Assembly (NCBI GenBank): GCA_016839815.1
Contig: JAEOTM010000021.1
Location: 1-11,083, forward strand
From: Candidatus Hodarchaeota archaeon
GTDB taxonomy: Archaea > Asgardarchaeota > Heimdallarchaeia > Hodarchaeales > Hodarchaeaceae
Length of the DNA: 11,083 bases
Direction: 5' to 3'
Both the position numbers and the translations under genes were made by a program. The notes under the pieces are model-generated. The model saw nothing but the letters and a program-made list of their open reading frames with translations, had not been told where the DNA came from and made no database searches. Every line of letters starts with the position of its first letter. Positions within the stretch are counted from its first letter, which is position 1. Below, piece after piece: positions 1 through 7,160 of the stretch.

Positions 1-47
1 AGCTCGTCACCTTTCCCGGTGAGTGCTTCTCCAATCAAATATGTCAT
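1..47 (-). CDS. fae: 5' end (partial, runs off window) of formaldehyde-activating enzyme or bifunctional Fae/Hps
   Basis: Reverse complement of 1-47 reads ATG ACA TAT TTG ATT GGA GAA GCA CTC ACC GGG AAA GGT GAC GAG CT = MTYLIGEALTGKGDEL, matching the Fae N-terminus (xIGEALxGxGxE[L/V]AH). A GAGG RBS-like motif lies just upstream on the minus strand. Only about 16 codons are visible. Confidence 0.75.
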   Translation of the reverse strand, partial: MTYLIGEALTGKGDE

Positions 48-193
48 GAGCTTGCCTCAGGGTGCCTTCAAAGGAGCTACTTTTAACCCTATCGGAAACA
101 TTCAACAGTTGCTATCAGGATTATAAAGGATATCAACTATCTTGATCGTTCATATCGGAGCACTTCTTATTGCCATTTTAGCTAAGTCTGATC

Positions 194-201
194 TTTTATA
201 A
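194..201 (+). promoter_or_regulatory. Putative archaeal TATA box for the GNAT gene
   Basis: TTTTATAA ends about 25 nt upstream of the GTG at 226, consistent with leaderless or short-leader archaeal transcription. Confidence 0.4.
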
Positions 202-225
202 GCTCCAAAATTATCATTAAATACC

Positions 226-1077
226 GTGGGAATGCTCATGCAGATTAGAAAAATGGTCCTTGAAGATATTGAATTTGCTCTTAGTTTGACTACTGGGGAG
301 GGTTGGTCTGATTTGCATAGTGATTTTGTTGCTCTAATTTCTCACACCCCACCAGCGGCATTCGTAGGGGAAAAAGCCGGTACGTCAATTGGAATGGTCA
401 GTACCGTCTCTTATGGTGATTTTGGGTATTTTGGAAGCCTCATAGTTAGTAAAGAATATAGAAACCGTGGTCTTGGAAGAGCTCTCCTGGAACATGCGAT
501 TGCATACCTCCGAAGTGAGGGTGTAAAGGTGATGATGCTCGATGGAGTATCTTCTGCATTATCACTTTACAAACGACTTGGATTTAAAACAGTTTGTCAT
601 TCACTTAGAATGGAGGGAATAATTGCTGGGTATAGTTCAGGACGGGTTCGATCTATGCAGGTTAACGATTTAAAGAAGATATTTAACATAGACCTGCACA
701 ATTTCGGTGCAGATCATTCATATTTCCTTAAACGAATTATAAAACAATTTCCAGAACTTTGTAAAGTTTTAGAAGATGAGCGGGAGATTAAGGGGTTCGT
801 AATGGGAAGTCGAAGGGGTAATTTCACCAGAATTGCACCATGTGTGGTTAAAGATGGAGCAGTTGAAGCAGCATTGCTAATAAAAGCAGTATCTACTCAA
901 TCCCCAAAAGCTCTTTTGCGATTGGGAGTACTTGAGAGCAATATTGAGGCAGTTATAATGCTGAAGAGGCTCGGTTTCACGGTTGTCTCGGCTTCTTATC
1001 GCATGGTCCAGGGAAATCCTAATGAAATTTCATTTTCTAATGGAATGTATGCAATTGGCTCTCCTGCCAAGGGTTAA
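226..1077 (+). CDS. GNAT family N-acetyltransferase (tandem GNAT, YitH-like)
   Basis: Acetyl-CoA motif A LIVSKEYRNRGLGRALL and LYKRLGF. A second degenerate GNAT repeat (VRSMQVNDL...LKRLGF) and the C-terminal GSPAKG are typical of this family. The start could also be ATG 232 or 238. Confidence 0.9.
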   Translation: MGMLMQIRKMVLEDIEFALSLTTGEGWSDLHSDFVALISHTPPAAFVGEKAGTSIGMVSTVSYGDFGYFGSLIVSKEYRNRGLGRALLEHAIAYLRSEGVKVMMLDGVSSALSLYKRLGFKTVCHSLRMEGIIAGYSSGRVRSMQVNDLKKIFNIDLHNFGADHSYFLKRIIKQFPELCKVLEDEREIKGFVMGSRRGNFTRIAPCVVKDGAVEAALLIKAVSTQSPKALLRLGVLESNIEAVIMLKRLGFTVVSASYRMVQGNPNEISFSNGMYAIGSPAKG

Positions 1078-1211
1078 CTTTCGACGTGTACTTTTCGCTT
1101 TAAGGTTAATAGCGAATTATATCGTCCGTTGGATAATCATGTAAGTTTCTTAAATATCTCGCTTTCTTGGAATTACTATGCAACATTAAAGTTGTTTGCT
1201 GAATAAGATTA

Positions 1212-1541
1212 TTAGATTTGGTGTTTTTCTGCCTCTGAGAGTTCCATTGCTGAACCCTGAGTACAATAATGATCCCACCGGAGACTCATTGTTCGCGAAA
1301 TTGGACATTGGGAACACAGGCAGCCTTTTTGCTCTTCGATCACTGAGCTTTTTCCTAAGGTACAAAAGCCTAACTTTGTTTCCCCTGTTCCTTTATAAGT
1401 TGGACATTTGCCACAATAATCCTTACAGAAACCGATTACATTTTCCGCATTTCTCTTCTGATCTTTTTCGGACATGTGAGCCATTATCTTTACCTTATCT
1501 TCAAAAGTGGCTGTTGACCAGCTTTCCTCCAAATTCGCCAT
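1212..1541 (-). CDS. DUF2769-like cysteine-rich metal-binding protein
   Basis: Eight Cys in two similar halves: CKDYCGKCPTY...FCTLGKS and GCLCSQCP...HYCTQG, the DUF2769 pattern. ATG start. Confidence 0.8.
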   Translation of the reverse strand: MANLEESWSTATFEDKVKIMAHMSEKDQKRNAENVIGFCKDYCGKCPTYKGTGETKLGFCTLGKSSVIEEQKGCLCSQCPISRTMSLRWDHYCTQGSAMELSEAEKHQI

Positions 1542-1771
1542 TTATTACACCAAAATTATACTAATTTCACGAAAATTATACAATCTCTTAATTATTCTCG
1601 GTTCTTTCGTTCCAAGATAATTAAGATTCTCATTTCATTGATAAGATGCAGGATTGAAGTGATCAGATATCACATACAATATAGAATCATATTGCTTTCT
1701 TAAGATGGAAAAATGTGCTGTAACAGATTTCGTATAATTCCTTGATTAATGACGAAAACTAATGGTCAACA

Positions 1772-1792
1772 AGTTTACATACAGTTTACATA
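1772..1792 (+). repeat. Perfect 10-bp direct repeat AGTTTACATA x2 with 11-bp period; putative regulator binding site
   Basis: agtttacata-c-agtttacata in the divergent intergenic region between the DUF2769 and GDPD genes. Confidence 0.45.
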
Positions 1793-1926
1793 AATGAGCT
1801 CTAAAAAATATGGTAAATGATTATCTATTTGTTATTGAATCAAACATGATAGTACGTGTGGATGCTTCAGTCCATTGTTGAGATGATTCAATCTCACGAA
1901 TATTGGGCTGAAATAAAGGTGATATT

Positions 1927-2676
1927 ATGAGGTCATTACCTTGGATAATTGCTCACCGAGGAGCATCAGGTCATTATCCCGAAAATACTTGGCCTTCCTT
2001 TCTGGGGGCAGTAGAGTTTGGTGCGACGTGTGTAGAAATGGATATTCAACCAACTGCAGATAAACAATTGGTCCTCTTCCATGATCGGACTATGGAACGA
2101 ATTGTTGGAATTCCGAAGAGAATATATGAACTTTCATATCTGGAAATTCTCCAATTTGATGTTGGGCAATGGAAAGATTCAAAGTGGAAAGGAACAAAGA
2201 TACCACTCCTTCAAGATGTATTGAAAAATCTTCCATCATCCATAAAGTTGAATTTAGAGCTCAAATATTATTCTTCACAAGATGATTGGTTTGAACAAGC
2301 AGTGCTTGAAGTTGCTCTAGACAATGATCTTCCTAATAGAGGCTATTTAGCAATTAAAAATATCGAAACAATTCCAATTATCAAAAAAATCGCTCCAGAA
2401 TGCCCCATGGGATTACTACAGAAAAAAAGAACTCCCCAAGAAGTGTTAGATCTTTGTTGTAAGTGGGATCTATCAATCGCACAAATTAGGAAATCAACAG
2501 CAACTAGTGAATGGATCGAACAATTTCATGAGCAGGGCATCAAAGTTAATTTCTTTTTTACAGACGACCCCAAAGAAATGATTCATCTTATTAAAGATCT
2601 AAAAATTGATGGAATTTTGACGAATTATCCGGAAAGAGGGGTACATGTACTCCAAAAACTTGATAATCCGAATTAG
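1927..2676 (+). CDS. ugpQ: Glycerophosphodiester phosphodiesterase (GDPD, UgpQ/GlpQ family), cytoplasmic
   Basis: IIAHRGASGHYPENT, VEMDIQ, LFHD, NLELK and DGILTNYP motifs. AGGTGA RBS upstream of the ATG. No signal peptide. Confidence 0.93.
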   Translation: MRSLPWIIAHRGASGHYPENTWPSFLGAVEFGATCVEMDIQPTADKQLVLFHDRTMERIVGIPKRIYELSYLEILQFDVGQWKDSKWKGTKIPLLQDVLKNLPSSIKLNLELKYYSSQDDWFEQAVLEVALDNDLPNRGYLAIKNIETIPIIKKIAPECPMGLLQKKRTPQEVLDLCCKWDLSIAQIRKSTATSEWIEQFHEQGIKVNFFFTDDPKEMIHLIKDLKIDGILTNYPERGVHVLQKLDNPN

Positions 2677-2863
2677 TTTACAAAAAATCGGTATGAACCA
2701 TCAGAAAGGGTAAGTCGTATATTACCACAACACACTTTAGAATGTTTAAAAGAAATAATGATAAGAAGGGAGTAACGTTCATTGATTTGAAACGTCTAAG
2801 AACATGTTCTAAGCCACGGATTTCCGTAATGTTCATTTAATGATCTAGTTGTGGTGAGATAAA

Positions 2864-3934
2864 ATGAAATTACTAGCGATTGATGTTGGAGCAGGGACTC
2901 AAGATATTCTCTTTTATGATAGTAGTATTGAAATTGCGAATGCCCTTAAAGCAATTTTACCTTCTCAACCAAAACTATTAGCATCCGAAGTAGAAAAGCT
3001 CACTCAGTTAAGAAAGAATATTGTGGTATATGGGGAGACTATGGGAGGATATCCCTTTGGTTCTGCAATCAAGAAACATATAGAAGCCGGATTGAAAATT
3101 TCAATGACGCCCAAGGCTGCAAGAACCATTAGAGATGATCTGGATATAGTAAAGAGGATGAACATTGACATTATCTCCGATGAAACGCTTATTGAATTAG
3201 TTTCTAAAGGTTATACACAGGTAAAAGTGGGTGATCTAAACCTAGATGCTTTAGAGGCGGCCTTTACTCCATTTGGGATGGATTTAAGTTCTATCGATGG
3301 AATTGCTGTTGCGGTTCAAGATCACGGGGAGGCCCCGAAAGGGGAAAGTGAGCGAAAATTTAGATTTGAACGACTTCTTAAACCTGGAATTAAAGCAGGT
3401 GGTTCTATTGAGGGATTTGCATTTAAAACTAGACATATTCCTCAAGAATTCACCAGAATGTGTGCTGTGGATCGATTAATTACAGAACGCGGATTCAATG
3501 GTATAGTAATGGATACTGGTCCTGCAGTACTATTTGGGGCTTTAGAAGATGAATATCTTAAAACTAAGGATGTTGTGGGAGTATTAAATTTTGGAAACCA
3601 ACACACGCTTGGAGGGATAATTAAGAACAATCGATTGGTTGCAGTCTATGAACATCATACTGGATTGATGGATGGATCCAAGGCGATGAAGTATCTCTTG
3701 GCATTAGCTGATGAGAATTTAACAAGTGAAGAAATCTTTAATGACCGGGGCCATGGAGCTTTTGTCCAAGAACGGGTGGGTTCCAAGAACATTGAGGCAT
3801 TAACAATTCTTGGCCCTCGAAAAACTGAGATGAAATTCTCATCTCAGAATAATCTTCATCATGCGGCTCCATTTGGTGATCAAATGATGGCAGGGCCTGC
3901 TGGTCTAATTTTAGTTGCGCAAAAACTACTATGA
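2864..3934 (+). CDS. DUF1786 family protein (ASKHA-like phosphate-binding motifs)
   Basis: LLAIDVGAGTQDIL, GETMGG, AVAVQDHG, MDTGPA, NFGNQHT, YEHHTG, GHGA and APFGDQMMAG motifs match DUF1786. GGTGAG RBS. Confidence 0.88.
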   Translation: MKLLAIDVGAGTQDILFYDSSIEIANALKAILPSQPKLLASEVEKLTQLRKNIVVYGETMGGYPFGSAIKKHIEAGLKISMTPKAARTIRDDLDIVKRMNIDIISDETLIELVSKGYTQVKVGDLNLDALEAAFTPFGMDLSSIDGIAVAVQDHGEAPKGESERKFRFERLLKPGIKAGGSIEGFAFKTRHIPQEFTRMCAVDRLITERGFNGIVMDTGPAVLFGALEDEYLKTKDVVGVLNFGNQHTLGGIIKNNRLVAVYEHHTGLMDGSKAMKYLLALADENLTSEEIFNDRGHGAFVQERVGSKNIEALTILGPRKTEMKFSSQNNLHHAAPFGDQMMAGPAGLILVAQKLL

Positions 3935-4194
3935 ATTTATTAAATATTATTATCCATCAAAAAGTCGAAAATTCTACAGAAAAAATAGCAATACCTAGTC
4001 TGATGCAGTAAACAATCCGATTAATGTCTCTACAGGGATTTGTAACAAATTATTAATTTCCGTTTTCTTATTACGCCAACGAGTTTCTATTTTTTGAAGA
4101 AACGAAGAATTTCTCGATCGCTCAGGAATACTCGTTCCCTCAACCTGTTTGAAAGGCTTTTTAGGGAAAATGTAAAATAATCTAAGCAAGGAGT

Positions 4195-4956
4195 TTGGGT
4201 CAACTGCAATTCGATCCCGTCGAACAAATTCTCGAAGTGATCATCGCACACCCTGAACTATTTCAAGAACATGGAGATAAACGAATCCTAAACCTTTTGT
4301 TTGGTGAGAAGAAGTTTTTGATGGAAAAGAAACGATTACTTCGCGAAACAATGCATGTCATTGATATTTCAAAAGTGAGAACTTATCTCGAAGAGTATCG
4401 AGTGTTTCATTCAATAATAATAAGGGCAAGGGACTTACCACTCTGGATTTTAGAAAAAGAAGAGGGAAATGGAGTTGAATGGGATCGAGATTGTCTCTAT
4501 TTGGCAGTTAGTCGGTTGGAAACTGATCTTGATCTATTGAATAGACGGATTCCCCGCTTTATGAATGACGTCAAAGGTTTTTTTCTTCGGTTTTCACTGA
4601 AACCCAATTGGCCTATGGCAACCCGCGAACTTGAAACCCTCTTTGATCGCATCACAAATAATTTGGTAATTGTTCAATATGGAATGCAGCAACTTGCGAA
4701 TTCTTCTATGGGCCGGACAATGATCATGCCTGAAACTGATGAAATAGCCATCTTTAATGAATTATTACATGAGATATTGAATTTACTTGAGCGTCTTGAA
4801 GGATTTATTCGGACATTGTTTCTTCCATTTCTAGAAACTTCGCCAATACGCTTGCTGGACGGAGAAGGTCTCCAAGAGCTCGAAACTCAATTGATTGATC
4901 TGACAAAAAATACCCTCAAAATACAACAATTAGCTGAAGCAGATGATAAGAACTAA
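4195..4956 (+). CDS. Hypothetical, predicted all-alpha-helical protein
   Basis: 253-codon ORF rich in Leu/Glu with amphipathic periodicity. AAGGAG RBS-like motif before the TTG and an in-frame TAA at 4183-4185 bounds the start. No recognisable motif. Confidence 0.75.
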   Translation: MGQLQFDPVEQILEVIIAHPELFQEHGDKRILNLLFGEKKFLMEKKRLLRETMHVIDISKVRTYLEEYRVFHSIIIRARDLPLWILEKEEGNGVEWDRDCLYLAVSRLETDLDLLNRRIPRFMNDVKGFFLRFSLKPNWPMATRELETLFDRITNNLVIVQYGMQQLANSSMGRTMIMPETDEIAIFNELLHEILNLLERLEGFIRTLFLPFLETSPIRLLDGEGLQELETQLIDLTKNTLKIQQLAEADDKN

Positions 4957-5061
4957 ATACACTAAATAAATGACATAATGCACACCTTCATTATATGAGG
5001 GGAATCTTTGGCATAAATAGGACATAATACACAGAGGAGCTTGTGTTCACACCCGAATTTG

Positions 5062-6198
5062 ATGTCTGACAACCCTTTAGGTGAGATAAATTTGTCAGAA
5101 CCTGACGATACAGCTAAAGAAAGAATTCTTCAAAAAATTCAGTTAAAAGAAACACTTGGTAGAATATCTGAAAACTTTCAAGATTACCTTTTCGATTGTG
5201 TTGAAGCTGAGACTGGTCAAAGACCCCGTGTTTTCGCAATTAATGATGTATCTCGTGTGAAAAAATTTGGACGAACGGGTTCTGTTGATCTTATCTCCGT
5301 CCTCTTTGGAACTGATGTGGGCCAGCAGTCTGCAAAAATTGCGGTTAAATTCTTCCGATCTGGTTCTTTGGAAGAGCCCCAAGAGGAAGCTCGGAAATCG
5401 CGAATTCTTCAATGGCGTTTTGACAGTCGGGATCCTCCGGTTCCCAATACAAAAACTCCAAAGATCCTGTATGCTGGCTCTAAATCTGCATTTCTTGTTT
5501 ACGAAGGTATTGATGGATACTCGTATGCCGATGCTAATATTCCAAATGAGACAAAAGCCTTTCTAGTAGGCAGAGCGTTAGCAGCTATTCACGGGCCAGA
5601 ACTTGGAAATATCGAATTAGAGCGATACGAAGGTCTTGTGGCGATTTCAACAATCCAACTTCCTGGAGCGAGCTCACAATTAAAAGATATTTTTCTTAAC
5701 CTGTTTGGGAAGCACTTGAAAGTGTTAAAGGAATCTCCTGGTGGTACTACTCCTTTCGGTGATCTCCATGATGGAAATATCCTTTTTTCACAACAATCTT
5801 CTGATGAAGTTACTCCTGAAAATGTAATTACCTGGATAATCGATCCCGAATATCTGGAAGAGACATCTGGTGTGTCTCGGATCGAAGACGTTGGAGTATT
5901 CTTTTCAATTTTCTTTTACGAGGAATTTGAGAATACGAATGATATTTCTGAAACTGTAAATCATTTTAAACACTTTATTCGCGGTTATGATGGTGTTCTT
6001 CAGACGTGGGGGGCTCCTAGTCTAAGTGAAATCTACCCTAATGGAATACCAATTAATTTTGATGTTAGTTTAGCTCTTCTCGTTGAGGGGATAGATCTCA
6101 TGAAACGTTATGGTGTCACTGAACATACAAAGACTCAATACAAAAAGCGAGTGAAATTTGCTCTAAAACTTCTAAATGAGGATTTGATCCAGCTTTGA
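5062..6198 (+). CDS. Protein-kinase-like phosphotransferase (APH/choline kinase family)
   Basis: IAVKFF (beta-3 Lys), helix-C Glu (QEEA), TPKILY, LVYEGIDG hinge, GRALAAIH, catalytic loop FGDLHDGNIL, metal-binding WIIDPE and downstream EDVG. Alternative start TTG 5041. Confidence 0.85.
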   Translation: MSDNPLGEINLSEPDDTAKERILQKIQLKETLGRISENFQDYLFDCVEAETGQRPRVFAINDVSRVKKFGRTGSVDLISVLFGTDVGQQSAKIAVKFFRSGSLEEPQEEARKSRILQWRFDSRDPPVPNTKTPKILYAGSKSAFLVYEGIDGYSYADANIPNETKAFLVGRALAAIHGPELGNIELERYEGLVAISTIQLPGASSQLKDIFLNLFGKHLKVLKESPGGTTPFGDLHDGNILFSQQSSDEVTPENVITWIIDPEYLEETSGVSRIEDVGVFFSIFFYEEFENTNDISETVNHFKHFIRGYDGVLQTWGAPSLSEIYPNGIPINFDVSLALLVEGIDLMKRYGVTEHTKTQYKKRVKFALKLLNEDLIQL

Positions 6199-6319
6199 AG
6201 CGTCTCATATTTTTTTCGCTATTGTAGTTTATTTGTAAATCGGCATCTCATGAAAATCATAAAGTACATAGATATTTGATTGCAACGGGACTACTATATC
6301 AGAATTAGAGGAATTTACT

Positions 6320-7063
6320 TTGTTCAGTGAGGAAGAAATCAAAGACTACTTTCAAAGTGGATTCTATGAGAACTACTATGGATGGCGTTTTACAGAGGAT
6401 GAATCCCGAAGAGAAGCGGATCAAATACTTGAATTATTGAACGCGAAAGAAGGTCATATTTTGGATTGGTGTGGAGGCTGGGGTAGGCATTCACTTTATT
6501 TTGCAAAAAAGGGGTTTCAAGTAACAATATTGGATTATATCCGAAAATATCTTGATTTAGCAAAAAAGAGATTCAACGAAAACGGCCTTTTGGTTTCTAC
6601 CATAGAATCTGACTGCCGAGATACCCCATCGAAGGTTCAGGCCGATTTTGGGACATGTTTGCTTAATAGTATTGGGCTTCTAAAAAAATCTGAGCAATTA
6701 AAGGCTTTTATAAGTCTTAATAATGCCTTAAAGCCGGGTGCTAAAATTATTATTGATTGTATGAATCTTCTCGCAATAAAACAATTCATAAAGACAACAG
6801 AGAGATCTGGGAAGGATGGCAGCATTTACAGATCCTACAAGAGGTTTGATTTTCGAGAAAATGTAGAATATATGGTCTTTGAGATCATCAAACCAAATGG
6901 TGAAATACAAAGAAAGGAATTCACCCAGATGCATTTTACCCCTTACGACCTTAGTGAGTTAGTTGAAAAGGCTGGTTTTCAGATTGATGACATATTTGGA
7001 AATTTTGAAGGCGACCCAATATCCTTTGACTCGACAAAGATTATTCTTATAGCTCAAAAATGA
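6320..7063 (+). CDS. Class I SAM-dependent methyltransferase
   Basis: Motif I ILDWCGGWGRH, acidic end of beta-2 (VTILD), SDCRD, LKPGAKIIID and C-terminal AGF..FGNF typical of Methyltransf_25-type enzymes. GAGGA RBS before the TTG. Confidence 0.9.
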   Translation: MFSEEEIKDYFQSGFYENYYGWRFTEDESRREADQILELLNAKEGHILDWCGGWGRHSLYFAKKGFQVTILDYIRKYLDLAKKRFNENGLLVSTIESDCRDTPSKVQADFGTCLLNSIGLLKKSEQLKAFISLNNALKPGAKIIIDCMNLLAIKQFIKTTERSGKDGSIYRSYKRFDFRENVEYMVFEIIKPNGEIQRKEFTQMHFTPYDLSELVEKAGFQIDDIFGNFEGDPISFDSTKIILIAQK

Positions 7064-7160
7064 GTTATATTCCCGTAAATATCGTTATTAAAGATAAAAA
7101 CCTTCTTTCAAAGAAAAGAATAATAAAAAAATCATAATTGAAAAAAAGGCGGTAAACCCG

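Noticed and set aside
1196-1564. 122-aa + strand ORF
   Set aside because: Antisense shadow of the DUF2769 gene, which has the convincing Cys motif.
1879-1896. Inverted repeat TGAGAT-N6-ATCTCA before the GDPD gene
   Set aside because: Six-bp arms are expected by chance in a window this size, with no independent support.
3297-3630. ORFs 3297-3479 (+) and 3442-3630 (-)
   Set aside because: Fully inside the DUF1786 gene, with no motifs.
3995-4189. 64-aa minus-strand ORF in the intergenic gap
   Set aside because: TTG start only 5 nt from the divergent 4195 start, leaving no promoter room, and no motif. Not strictly excluded.
3931-4194. Possible upstream extension or pseudogenised 5' part of ORF 4195 (ATG 3931 is in the same frame)
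   Set aside because: Five in-frame stops of all three types and no recognisable protein signal, so no support for readthrough or recoding.
5143-5566. ORFs 5143-5412 (-) and 5267-5566 (+)
   Set aside because: Alternative-frame or antisense shadows within the kinase gene.
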